Shown piece by piece: positions 1-9,899 of a DNA stretch of 64,000 bases. The notes below the pieces were generated by a model, which saw only the letters and a program-made list of their open reading frames with translations, searched no databases and was not told where the DNA came from. The translations under genes were made by a program, and so were the position numbers. The number at the start of each line of letters is the position of its first letter. Positions within the stretch are counted from its first letter, which is position 1. This DNA is from Candidatus Marinacidobacterales bacterium. GTDB lineage: Bacteria > Acidobacteriota > Vicinamibacteria > Marinacidobacterales > SMYC01. The DNA lies in the NCBI GenBank assembly GCA_965237955.1, contig OZ250169.1, forward strand, positions 3,264,001 to 3,328,000, read 5' to 3'.

Positions 1-690
1 GCCGAAGAGGGTGTCTACTTCAGAAACGCTTTCGTGACGACCGCTCTGTGCTCACCGAGCCGCGCGACCATCCTGACCGGTCAGTACATGCACAACCACG
101 GTATCGTCGACAACAACGAGGCGAGCACCGAGGGGTTGACGTTCTTCCCCGAGTATCTTCAAGAAGCGGGGTACGAGACGGCGTTCATCGGCAAGTGGCA
201 CATGGGCGGGGCAACCGACGACCCGCAGCGCGGCTTCGACCACTGGGTGAGTTTTCAAGGGCAGGGTGACTACTACCCCGGTGACAATCCGAACAGGGAA
301 AGCGTTTTGAACGTCGACGGCGAGCACGTCCCTCAGAAAGGCTATATCACCGACGAGCTCACCGACTACGCACTGAGCTGGCTTCGAGAGGAGCGCGATG
401 ACGGCAAACCGTTTTTTCTCTATCTCTCCCACAAAGCGGTGCACGCGGATTTCTATCCTGCCGAGGAGTATCGCGGTCTCTACGCCGACGCCGCCATCGA
501 GCTTCCCGCGAGTGCCGCGAACACCGTAGAAAACTACGCGGGAAAACCCATGTGGGTACAGAACCAGAGAAACAGCTGGCACGGCGTTGATTTTCCTTAC
601 CACAGCGACCTCGACGTGCGCGAGTACTTGCGTCGCTACTACCAAACGCTGACGTCGGTGGATGACAGCCTCGGCCGTATTCTCGTGTTT
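1..690 (+). pseudogene. Sulfatase; starts before the window, C-terminal half lost at a junction near 685-695
   Basis: CSPSRATILTG (CxPxR formylglycine motif), GKWH, YLSHKAVH. After DDSLGRIL the frame runs into the antisense of the amidohydrolase and stops at 753. Confidence 0.8.
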
Positions 691-1367
691 TTGGCATCGT
701 GCTTGCGCGCGATTGCGTGGGCCTTGGCGACGATCTCGAGGGGCGTCGTGTAGAGAGCATGTGGCGCGATGGAAGGGATCACGAGTGGATGGGATTTGTA
801 CTTCTCGATGAAGCCCTCGGCGCCTATTAGCGCTTCTTCTGGGGTCTTGTAGTCGGGCGCGGGGAAGCCGATAACAGACTGGCCGAGCACGCCGCGGATG
901 CCGACCGCTTCGGTGGCGCGCGCGACTTCCTCCTCGAAATAGTACATGTCGGCATAGGTGGTGGTGCCCCCGCGAGCCATCTCCACGCAGCCAAGGAGCG
1001 ATCCCCAGTAGACGAACTCGGGCGCGACATTCTGCGCTTCGGCGGGAAAGATGTAGTTCTCGAGCCATTCCAGAAGAGCGAGATCGTCGGCGATGCCTCT
1101 AAGGAGCGTCATCGCCGCGTGGCCATGCGCGTTGATGAGGCCCGGGATGACGAGGTGGCCGGAAGCATCGATCGTCTCGGCCGCGTCCGGAAGCGGATCC
1201 GAGGCGGAGAGAATGGCCTCGATGTGGTCGCCGCGGATGGCGACCGCACCAGATTCGAGCACGCGCCGCTCACCGTCCATGGTGACGACGGTGCCGCCCC
1301 TTATCAGGATGTCGACTGGACTTTGAGCATTCGTGGCGAGAACTAGGGCTAACAAGAAAGCATTCAT
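690..1367 (-). pseudogene. Amidohydrolase (MTA/SAH deaminase-like), C-terminally truncated
   Basis: PGLINAHGHAAM, GTTTYADMY and APHALYT are present. The sequence breaks after ARKHDA, before the HLSE and D motifs; only ~225 aa of an expected ~450. Confidence 0.8.
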
Positions 1368-3094
1368 GAAGCGGGCTCCATTTCGACCGAGCGCAACCGG
1401 TTTAATCCAGAAGCGACTTCGAAGCGTCTTGGTCTGGCGAAGTTACCCGGATGCTCACCCGGGCCTCCGCCCGAGCGTAAAAACGGGGCAAGGACGTCGA
1501 GACCCTCCTCGTCGAACAACGATTCCAGACGGTCCATCATAGCGTTCAGGCTCGTCGCGTCCGAAAAACGTTTCGTCACCAGGTGCATGGCATATCCGGT
1601 CGCGCGCGTTTGACTCGGATCGACGAGCTGTTCGACTGCTCGTAGGTCGAGGGTCTCGCGGCCGAAAAGAATCTGGTCGCGTCCCCGGGCCTCGATCTTG
1701 ACGTCGCTTCGATATCGAGAGGCGCGAGAGGCGTCGATCGAGCTCGGGACCGGTCGTCGCTCGCGAGTCAGAGTGAAGGGGCGATCCGATTCGGCGTTGC
1801 GGCCTGTCGGGCGCTCGGCCGCGATGCGTTTCGCTTCCGCGGTGACGTCTTCCGGAACATACTCGGTCATTCTAATAATGTTGTCGGCGGGCTCGAAGTA
1901 ATCACCCGAACCGCCCATCACCAGCACGGTAGACACCCCTAGTCTCTGGTAGAGTTCGCGCACGCGGTCGAGAAACGGCAGGATGGGCTCCCGGTCCTTC
2001 GCGACCAGAGCTTGCATGCGGGCGTCGCGCATCATGAAGTTCGTCGCCGAGGTGTCTTCGTCGAGAAGAAGCACTTTGGCACCGACTTCGAGCGCTTCCA
2101 TGATGTTCGCCGCTTGGCTCGTGCTACCGCTTGCGTCATCCGACGAAAAATCCACGGTGCTACGGCCCAGGGGGAGGCGTTGGATGAACGGGCTGATATC
2201 GACGCATGACACCCGCCGGCCGTCTTCGGCTCGTATCTTCACGGCGTCGATGCGACTGACCACGCCCTCGCGACCATCCCCAGGAATATGAGGGTAGACC
2301 CCGCGCTCGATCGCTTTCAACACGGTGCTCTTTCCGTGATAGCCGCCGCCCACGATGAGGGTAACGCCAACGGGTACTCCCATGCCCACGATGGCACGAC
2401 CGTCGCTAAGCGGCAAGCTCACGCGCAACGACTCCGGCGAGCGGAACGGGATCGCGTCCGCCATTGGCAGGTCGGATGCGCCGCTCTCTCGCGGGAGAAT
2501 GGCGCCGTCGGCGATGAAAGCGACGAGCCCGTGCTCGGTCAAAACCTGCCGAAGTTGCTCGTAGGTCTCGACGGTGCGGACGAAGTCGCGTCCTCGGGCG
2601 TCATCCACGCTTTCCCACCGAAGTGCACGATCCACGATCGCCGGCAGTTGGCGAACGAGAATGGACTCCGCTTCTTTCCCGAGAATCGTGCGCCCCGATC
2701 CGGGAAGACCCACTTCGATCCGCGCTTCCACCCAACCCTCGGTGACGACGAGCGCGGTTCGCTCCAAGACTTCCTGAGCGCCCGCGTCGATGGTGACGAG
2801 ACCGCTCTTACCTGTCCCACGCCGGGGACCTCTGGGGATCGCGTCTCTCACTTCGCGCGCGAGAAAATCTTGAAGTGCTACCCGGCGCACACGGTTGTCG
2901 AACAGCGGCGTGGGAAGCTTTGCGAGGTCTTGCGGCACGCGCAGGCGCATTTTGGAAGGCGCCGCGAACGGATCGCCTTGCACGTGGTCGATGTAGAGCG
3001 TCCAATCCGGGAAGCGATAGTTTCCCGTCAGCTCTTTGTAGGCCTTGTAGCCTCGGCCGTCGATACGGCGTAGTTTGCCGACGAGCTCCTCCAT
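1364..3094 (-). CDS. ABC-ATPase domain protein (predicted ATPase of the ABC class)
   Basis: HVQGDPFAAPS N-terminus, Walker A GGGYHGKS, ASGSTSQAA, LLLDEDTSATNFM. Confidence 0.85.
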   Translation of the reverse strand: MEELVGKLRRIDGRGYKAYKELTGNYRFPDWTLYIDHVQGDPFAAPSKMRLRVPQDLAKLPTPLFDNRVRRVALQDFLAREVRDAIPRGPRRGTGKSGLVTIDAGAQEVLERTALVVTEGWVEARIEVGLPGSGRTILGKEAESILVRQLPAIVDRALRWESVDDARGRDFVRTVETYEQLRQVLTEHGLVAFIADGAILPRESGASDLPMADAIPFRSPESLRVSLPLSDGRAIVGMGVPVGVTLIVGGGYHGKSTVLKAIERGVYPHIPGDGREGVVSRIDAVKIRAEDGRRVSCVDISPFIQRLPLGRSTVDFSSDDASGSTSQAANIMEALEVGAKVLLLDEDTSATNFMMRDARMQALVAKDREPILPFLDRVRELYQRLGVSTVLVMGGSGDYFEPADNIIRMTEYVPEDVTAEAKRIAAERPTGRNAESDRPFTLTRERRPVPSSIDASRASRYRSDVKIEARGRDQILFGRETLDLRAVEQLVDPSQTRATGYAMHLVTKRFSDATSLNAMMDRLESLFDEEGLDVLAPFLRSGGGPGEHPGNFARPRRFEVASGLNRLRSVEMEPAS

Positions 3095-3107
3095 TACGCG
3101 AACTCCA

Positions 3108-4418
3108 TTATGCTGGCTCGGCCTTCATCGCAGCTTGCCGTCCTTTGTCGACGTCGACGAAGCTCAACAAGAACATGCCGACGATGAAAAACGCAATCAG
3201 TGCGAGGATGGCATGCCGCCCACCACCGGTCCATTCGGCCACGACGGCGAACACGAGCGGGCCGATGATGTTGCCGAACTTGCCGCTGACGCTGTAGAAG
3301 CCGAAAAACTGTGAGGATTTGGATGGTGGCACCATCGATGCAAAGAGCGAGCGGCTGAGCGCCTGGCTTCCTCCCTGGACGAGAGCGAGCGCAGACGCCA
3401 ACGCCCAAAAGTGCCACGGCTCGCTCATGTAGAAGCCGGCGATCGAGATACCGCTGTAGACGATGAGCGCGAGATAGATGCCGTTCTTCGTCCCGATACG
3501 GACCGCGAGCGCGCCATACGCGAAGGTCGCCGGGATGCCGAGGAACTGCACCATGAGAAACGCGCCCAACAAGTGCGCGGTTCCGATGCCGAGCTCGGCG
3601 CCGTAGGCAGTCGCCATCTTGATGATGGTGTTGATCCCATCGTTGTAGAACCAAAACGCGAGGAGGAAAACGAACAGTTGCCGGAACTGTCGGATCTCGG
3701 CGAACGTTTCAAAGACGCGCGAGAAGCCGACGCGGACAGGGTTCATCTGCTCGTGCTCGTCGCCTTCGAGCTTGCGTGGCGGTTCGGGAACGCCTCTCAG
3801 GATGGGTATCGTGAACAGAATCCACCAGATGGCGACGCTTAGAAACGCGTACCGGGATGCCTCGGCTCCGTCGGTGAACCCGAACTTGTCCGGCCAACTG
3901 ATCCACGCAAAATGCAGGGCGAGGAGTAGTCCGCCCCCGACGTAGCCTATTGCGTAGCCGGCGGTGGAGACGCGGTCGATCTCGTCGGGCTTGGCGACGT
4001 GCGGCAGGAGCGACTCGTAGAAGACATTTCCGCAGGCGAACCCGATGTTCCCGATGATGAACGCGACCGATGCGAACAACCATTGGCCCTCGGTCGCGAA
4101 GAAAAGGAGGAACGATCCGGTGGCGCCGATGAGGGCGAACGCGGCGAGGAACTTCTTCTTGGCCCCGAGGTAGTCCGCCACCGCTCCGAGAAACGGTGAC
4201 GTGAGCGCGATGATGACGAGCGCCACGGTGTGGGTGTAGCCCCAATAGGCCGTTTTTAGCTCGTCGGGAACTGTCGTGGTCGAGACGTTGACGAAGTAGA
4301 CCGGAAGCACCGCGCCCATGATGGTGGTGACGAAAGCGGAGTTGGCCCAGTCGTACATCGCCCACGCGCGAAGCTCTTTGCGATGCAGGCCGAGGGTTTC
4401 GAGCAGCCGATCCATCAA
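3108..4418 (-). CDS. MFS transporter, UMF1/Atg22-like
   Basis: [26 protein letters not shown] motifs; about 12 TM segments. Confidence 0.9.
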   Translation of the reverse strand: MMDRLLETLGLHRKELRAWAMYDWANSAFVTTIMGAVLPVYFVNVSTTTVPDELKTAYWGYTHTVALVIIALTSPFLGAVADYLGAKKKFLAAFALIGATGSFLLFFATEGQWLFASVAFIIGNIGFACGNVFYESLLPHVAKPDEIDRVSTAGYAIGYVGGGLLLALHFAWISWPDKFGFTDGAEASRYAFLSVAIWWILFTIPILRGVPEPPRKLEGDEHEQMNPVRVGFSRVFETFAEIRQFRQLFVFLLAFWFYNDGINTIIKMATAYGAELGIGTAHLLGAFLMVQFLGIPATFAYGALAVRIGTKNGIYLALIVYSGISIAGFYMSEPWHFWALASALALVQGGSQALSRSLFASMVPPSKSSQFFGFYSVSGKFGNIIGPLVFAVVAEWTGGGRHAILALIAFFIVGMFLLSFVDVDKGRQAAMKAEPA

Positions 4419-4763
4419 CCCTCTTCCAGCTCGAGAATCGCTCGGCGAACGGAGTCTGGAAGTGCGGTCTTGCGATTTTCGTTGTAATCGAAGGCGACGA
4501 TGAGCCCTTCACCGTCGGCGGCGATCGTGCCCAAGGCAACGCTTTCGATGCAATAGAGCATGGTGAAGCGATCTTCTTGCAGGTCGTTCACGGTGGCGCC
4601 TATTCGAATGCGGTCGGGGTAGGTGAGCGGCTTCCGGAAACGGCATTGGGTGGTCGCGAGAATCGGGCCGACGCCGCTCCGCTTCATCTCGTCGAGAAAG
4701 CCAACGCGCTCGAAATAGGCGAGGCGTGCGCTCTCGAAGTAGCGAAAGTACACGATGTTGTTG
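4415..4763 (-). pseudogene. Acyl-CoA thioesterase (4HBT/YbgC family), N-terminus lost
   Basis: NNIVYFRYFESAR...CRFRKPLTYPD hot-dog fold motif; the upstream D-x-x-G-H-V part is missing. Confidence 0.75.
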
Positions 4764-4994
4764 GGACTTATACCTATGGCTTGACACGCGCCCGCCGCTT
4801 CCGGTGGCGGCGAGGCTGGATTTGGCATGGCGCTTGCGCTTGCGCTTCCGCTCGTCGTCACCGTCCTGCGGCTTAGGTTTGATTTTTTTGGTGCGTGGTA
4901 GCGGGCGTTTTTATAAGCAAGTCGTTTATTTACAACGGCTGAGTTACGCGGTGTGGATCGTAATAAGTCATCGTGTCTCCCGTTGGGAGACAGC

Positions 4995-5287
4995 CGGAGC
5001 GGATCGCGGCGGGGAAGATCCTTTGCCATCCAGTGAGTCAGCGGCGTGAACGCGACGGCGAGCCAGAGGACGCCGAGCGCGGCGACGACAGGAGCCAAAA
5101 GCTTCCGGAGCGACGTGAGCCAAGAGACGGCCCCGACCAACGCCGCCACCGCAACGAGCGGGCTGCGTTGGGCCCAATAGGAGACGACCATGGTCAGGTC
5201 GAGATCTTTGATGATGAGACCGGCGAGCGCGCCAACGGCGGCCCCAGTAAGAAAGTCCTTGCTCTTCGATCGAGGGGGCTCACGCAC
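4995..5287 (-). pseudogene. N-terminal membrane fragment of a YdcF/DUF218-like protein
   Basis: Three TM helices, then VAFTPL...RRDPL, typical of the segment just before the DUF218 domain; breaks at ~4995. Confidence 0.5.
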
Positions 5288-6434
5288 CGGCAGAGTCTAC
5301 TCGATTCGACACGACGCGGAGAACCCTCTCGATCGCGATCCGAAACCGTCCGGGCCGCGGAAGGAGGCTTGCCACGACGTGTGAGTCCCGCTCGAAGCCG
5401 AAGAGAACGCCGGGGTGGAGGTAAACCGAGGCTCGTTCGAGAAAATCGATGGCCCATTCCTCTGAGCTCGCGACGGCCGGAAGCCGCAGCGTGGCATACC
5501 AGCCACCGTCAGGAACCGGAAACGTCACCTCGGGAACATCTTGGAGTGCTCGCTCGAGTGCGCCCAGATTCTCGTCGACTCGTTCTCGGATGCGCTCGCG
5601 AATACTTGGCGCCAGCTCGAGACAGCGTGGTGCTGCGAGTTGCACCGGGGTTCCCACGGAAAGAAATGCGTCGGCGATATGCTCGAGCCGAGTCCTCACT
5701 TCCTTACGGCGCTCGGTTGCTCCGCCGATCGTGATCCACGCAAGCTTCATTTGCGGAAGTCCTGCGAGCTTCGACAGACCACTCAACACGAAGACGAGCC
5801 CTCGTTCCGCACCCGCAAAACTTCTGGGCACGGAGGCCCCGATGACGTAGTCGAGGAATACCTCGTCGACGATGAGCGCCACGTCGTTGTCTTCCGACAA
5901 CGTCACCAGGCGTTCAGCTGTTTCGTCCGAGACGTACGAGCCAGTCGGGTTGTTCGGATGGACGGCTACGATGGCGCGGCAGCGGGGTGAAAGCGAGTCT
6001 TCCGGTCCGTGATCGAGCGAGTAGGGGACGGGCTCGACCGCCTCGAGTGAAGCGAGTGTTTCGAAGAGCGGGTAACTCGGCCGCGGAACGAGCACTTCAT
6101 CGCCAGGCTCGCACAAGCACTTGATCAGAAAACTGTACGCTTCACTCGTGCCGGCGGTGAGAACGATATCGTCGGGAGAAACATCCTTACCGCGTTCGAA
6201 GTAGTAGCGCGCGACCGCTTGCCGCGCGATGAGGTGTCCTTTCGGTGCGGGCTCGTAGGTAAGCGCCTCTGGTTGGGCAAGTGCCGCAAGAATCTCGTCG
6301 TTCGGGTACGTCAAGCCCACGCGCGTAGGATTCGACTCGGTGAGATCGAAAACGTCATCACCCCCCGCCCGCTTGCGCGACAGCACCCGCCACAGCTCGT
6401 TCTCTTCGAGAGATCCAAGGCGTTCCGAGAACAT
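5280..6434 (-). CDS. PLP-dependent aminotransferase class I/II
   Basis: DLTESNPT, HPNNPTG, DEVFLDY, SGLSKLAGLPQMK. Confidence 0.9.
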   Translation of the reverse strand: MFSERLGSLEENELWRVLSRKRAGGDDVFDLTESNPTRVGLTYPNDEILAALAQPEALTYEPAPKGHLIARQAVARYYFERGKDVSPDDIVLTAGTSEAYSFLIKCLCEPGDEVLVPRPSYPLFETLASLEAVEPVPYSLDHGPEDSLSPRCRAIVAVHPNNPTGSYVSDETAERLVTLSEDNDVALIVDEVFLDYVIGASVPRSFAGAERGLVFVLSGLSKLAGLPQMKLAWITIGGATERRKEVRTRLEHIADAFLSVGTPVQLAAPRCLELAPSIRERIRERVDENLGALERALQDVPEVTFPVPDGGWYATLRLPAVASSEEWAIDFLERASVYLHPGVLFGFERDSHVVASLLPRPGRFRIAIERVLRVVSNRVDSAGA

Positions 6435-6473
6435 GTGCTTAAGTGACGAGCTTGTTCCGCGGGAGAAAAAAAC

Positions 6474-6699
6474 TCAACGCAAAGGCGCAAAGTCGCGAGG
6501 GCGCAAAGTGGAGGCGCCTTCGGCGCCGGTCCCCTTCATTCAACCGGGCGTCATTCGGCGCCGCATTCTTCGTTCTGATGAGACTCCAACTTCCTGCCAA
6601 ACAGTGAGCACGTTGCGCAAACCAGCGTTGCAGGGCCAAGGATCTGTACCCGGAGTTGATCTTTCCTGGCGTCTTTGCGTCTTTGCGCCTTTGCGTTGA
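6474..6699. repeat. Inverted-repeat element built from 8-bp units (RCGCAAAG)
   Basis: Perfect 19-bp IR TCAACGCAAAGGCGCAAAG (6474-6492) / CTTTGCGCCTTTGCGTTGA (6681-6699), with further degenerate units inward. Confidence 0.85.
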
Positions 6700-6744
6700 T
6701 CTTCGAATTGGACTTCACTTCCCTGTCTTCCTGCCGGAAAGAAT

Positions 6745-8721
6745 CTAAATCAGGAGGGGATCGGTGATGATCTCGACCAGAGCGGGGCCTTCATGCCCGA
6801 GGGCCTTTTCGAGCTCCTGGTCGAGCTTGCCGGCATCGGTGACGCGAACGCCCATCGCGCCACAGAGCTCGGCATACTCCGCGAAGTTGGGGTTCACCAG
6901 TGACGTCTGCCATACTTCCCACTCGCCCGCGCGCTGCTCTTTGCTGATCTTGCCAAGCTCGTTGTTGTTCAGAAGGATATGGGTGATGTTCATGTCGTAT
7001 TTCACGGCGGTCGTGAGCTCTCCCATGTACTGTCCGAACCCACCATCGCCGGAGATCGACACCACCGGGCGCCCGGAGAATTTCGAGTCCTTTTCGATTG
7101 TCGCCGCCCACGCGCCGAGCGCGGCCGGGAGCGCGAAACCGATCGAGCCGAGATAGCCCGACATGAGGACGGACTGCTGCTCGCATTCGAAGTAGCGCCC
7201 GAAACTGTAGGTATTGTTCCCGACGTCGACGGCGATGATCGCATCGCCGGGAACACGGCGGTTCAAAGCGGCGAAGACCGCCGCCGAGCCGAGGCCCTTT
7301 TCGGAAACGTCGTCTTCGCGCCGTCTTTTCTCCTGCCGCCAGATATTCCACCGCTCCGCGACTTCTGGCGTCTGATTCTGGAATTTGTTGTCGCTGCCGA
7401 GACCCTCTCGCAAGAGAGAAGCGGTCACGCCGATCTCTCCCCAAACCGGAACGTCGATGCTATGAAATTTGCCGAGGATCATCGGGTCGTAGTCGACCTG
7501 GATCGTCGGTTTCTTGGGTGTGATGCCGGTGTGATTGCTGAAGCTCGCGCCGAGCACGAGCAAGCAATCGGCCTCGTTCATGAACCAGCTCGCGATGGGC
7601 GTACCGCTTCGACCGAGAACGCCGCAGCCGAGCGGATGTGCGTCGCTAACGAGGCCCTTGCCTTTGAACGTCGTGACGACAGGCGCGGGCATCGCCTCGG
7701 CGAGCGGTAGCACTTCGTCCATGTGAAACCGCGCGCCATGCCCCACGATGATCACCGGGCGCTTCGATCGGCGGAGTAGGGCGAGAGCCTCGTCGAGCGA
7801 TGCGGCGGGCGGGGCAATCTCTCTCGCGGTGAGCCGTCCTTGGGGGCCGCCGGGCTTCGAGGTCTCGGATGCCGGTTGTACCTGAACTTCGTCCGGAAAG
7901 ATGAGATGCGAGACACCCCGATTCAAAATCGCACTCTTGAGCGCCAAGTTCACGAGCTCGGCATGACGGCTCGTCGAGAGCACGGGCTGGCTCCACTGCG
8001 CGACTCTACCGTAGGCCGCCTGGAGGTCCACTTCTTGAAACGCTCCTGGGCCCAACACTTGGGTGTCGACCTGACCCGTCAAAGCCAGTGCCGGCGCCCG
8101 GTCGACGTTCGCGTCCCAGAGACCTGTTAGCAAGTTGGTGGCGCCGGGGCCTGCGATCGAAAAGCACGCGGCCGGCCGGCCGGTGAGCTTTCCGTAGGCG
8201 GACACCGCGAACGAGGCCGCGCCCTCGTGGCGTACACCAAAATAGCGGAGCTCGCCGGCTTCGTGTTGGCGCCTGAGTGCTTCGGCGAGGCCGAGATTCG
8301 AGTGACCCACCATTCCGAAAACGGATCGCACTCCCCAGTTGACCATGGTCTCGACCATGACGTCGGAGATGGTGCGCGGAACACCAAGTGGGGATGCGGC
8401 TATGTCGAACGCGACGTAGATACCATCGTCGCGGCGTGCGACCGGATACGTCTGAACGCCGTCGTCGTAGCCTCCCGGCGGTTTGCCGGTGAGCGGGTGG
8501 TAATCCCACCCGTGCCACGGACAACGGAGGAAACCTTTCTCGATCGAGCCCTCGCCGAGCGGTCCTTTTTGGTGGGGGCACTCGTTGTCGAGAGCCGCGT
8601 ATTGCCCTTGGTAGTGCGTCATGCACACGGTCGCCAGCCCGCAGGTGACGGGTTTGACGCGGCCTTCGGGAAGCTCGTCGAGCTCGAGCGCTTTGTACCA
8701 AACTCTATTGACGTCACTCAT
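6745..8721 (-). CDS. Rieske [2Fe-2S]-fused thiamine diphosphate enzyme (pyruvate oxidase/ALS-like)
   Basis: N-terminal CPH...CPWH Rieske motif; VRHEGAASF; GDGGF...NN TPP motif. Confidence 0.85.
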   Translation of the reverse strand: MSDVNRVWYKALELDELPEGRVKPVTCGLATVCMTHYQGQYAALDNECPHQKGPLGEGSIEKGFLRCPWHGWDYHPLTGKPPGGYDDGVQTYPVARRDDGIYVAFDIAASPLGVPRTISDVMVETMVNWGVRSVFGMVGHSNLGLAEALRRQHEAGELRYFGVRHEGAASFAVSAYGKLTGRPAACFSIAGPGATNLLTGLWDANVDRAPALALTGQVDTQVLGPGAFQEVDLQAAYGRVAQWSQPVLSTSRHAELVNLALKSAILNRGVSHLIFPDEVQVQPASETSKPGGPQGRLTAREIAPPAASLDEALALLRRSKRPVIIVGHGARFHMDEVLPLAEAMPAPVVTTFKGKGLVSDAHPLGCGVLGRSGTPIASWFMNEADCLLVLGASFSNHTGITPKKPTIQVDYDPMILGKFHSIDVPVWGEIGVTASLLREGLGSDNKFQNQTPEVAERWNIWRQEKRRREDDVSEKGLGSAAVFAALNRRVPGDAIIAVDVGNNTYSFGRYFECEQQSVLMSGYLGSIGFALPAALGAWAATIEKDSKFSGRPVVSISGDGGFGQYMGELTTAVKYDMNITHILLNNNELGKISKEQRAGEWEVWQTSLVNPNFAEYAELCGAMGVRVTDAGKLDQELEKALGHEGPALVEIITDPLLI

Positions 8722-8729
8722 GCGTCGAC

Positions 8730-9104
8730 CTCACCGCAGAAGCTTCCTCGAGCCGGAGATGGTTGCATCGAGAAACGCGTCGAGCTTGGCCCCCTGCTGG
8801 GCCGGGTCGTCATCCGCGGTTATATCCGATCCGGTGAGGATTGCGGAACGAATCCGTCGGTGTGCCAGTGCCCCATCTGAAGCTCGGGAAGATCACGAGC
8901 GGCGGGATGGGGCCATGGGGCGACGTACCAATACGGCTCGTCGTAGCTGGTATCGCCCGGGGACAGCCCCACGCCGATGGTCTTGTCGCCTCCGAGCGTG
9001 ATGAGAGCGGCGAGATCGAAGTGGTGCGGCCAGCATCGATCGTCACCTATGTCGAGGCTTCGCAGGACGCGCGCCGTATTTTTGAACCACAGCGCAAGCC
9101 TCAC
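8730..9104 (-). pseudogene. Conserved hypothetical protein (WPHHFD motif, DUF5996-like), N-terminally shortened and frameshifted near 8846
   Basis: RCWPHHFDLA...GVGLSPGD...EPYWYVAPWP...WHTDGF; the continuation AILTGSDI...KLLR* is in another frame. Confidence 0.55.
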
Positions 9105-9427
9105 GGTGCTACTCCCGCGTAACGGACACCGGTAAGCTCGGCGATGTCCCGCTTCCATGCCGTCAGGTCGCGAAGCTCGAAACCCTGCAGGTGAGTGTGC
9201 CCGCAGGCTCGCGCGAGGATTTGCATGAGCTCGACCGTTGCCTTCAGGAAACTGTCGAGACGTTCCGCGGAGCGCTCGATCACGAGGCGGGCGCGCAGGT
9301 GCTCTTTTTGTGTCGCGAGATCGATGTTGCCGACGAGCGCGTAGGCCGGCGTACGGTCGGAAAGCTCGCTCCAAGTCGCGACTTTGGTACGGACGGGGGT
9401 TTGGGTGGATTCAGAGCTCACTGACAC
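9101..9427 (-). pseudogene. Rieske-fused FMN-binding glutamate-synthase-related protein with a large in-frame internal deletion
   Basis: Rieske-like start (WSELSDRTPAYALVGNIDL) joined directly to a GltB-like C-terminus (ATQKEHLRARL...LARACGH); only 108 aa remain. Confidence 0.7.
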
Positions 9428-9587
9428 ATTGACATCCTCTCATTTATAGGATGCTCAGCGTCTCACGGTGGTTACAGCGCAAGTGTGAGCCGGCCTACAC
9501 TTGGCCAAGTGTTTGTATTCGCTTGGTTTGCGGCGTGCTTCGGGTTTGTTGAGCTCCAAAGCGGGTATTAACGATAGAATATGCCCT

Positions 9588-9878
9588 ATGAAACTTTCGG
9601 TATCGCAGCGCGTGCAGCACGAAAAATACGGCCTAGGAGTTATCTCGGAGTCCGATGCTGAGTACACCGTCATCGAGTTTGACGAGCACGGACGGAAGAA
9701 ATTCCTGACGCGCCTCGTTTCCTTGCAATCTAGTGACGAGCCGCCTCCGAAGCGGCGGCGCGCTCGCAAGAAGAAGACGACGACTAAGGCCACCAAGACG
9801 ACGACTAAGAAGAAAACGACGACGACTAAGAAGACGAAGAAGAAGAAGAAGGCGGCCAAGGCCACCAAGAAATCCTGA
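9588..9878 (+). CDS. Small basic protein: PcrA/UvrD-like Tudor domain plus Lys/Thr/Ala-rich tail
   Basis: QRVQHEKYGLGVI...VIEFDEHGRKKF followed by KKKTTTKATKTTTKKK... (96 aa from ATG 9588). Confidence 0.7.
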   Translation: MKLSVSQRVQHEKYGLGVISESDAEYTVIEFDEHGRKKFLTRLVSLQSSDEPPPKRRRARKKKTTTKATKTTTKKKTTTTKKTKKKKKAAKATKKS

Positions 9879-9899
9879 AGCGCCGGCCACCGGGCATCG

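Noticed and set aside
4415-5287. 290-aa ORF as a genuine membrane thioesterase
   Set aside because: The middle is non-coding-like DNA and the thioesterase lacks its N-terminal catalytic segment.
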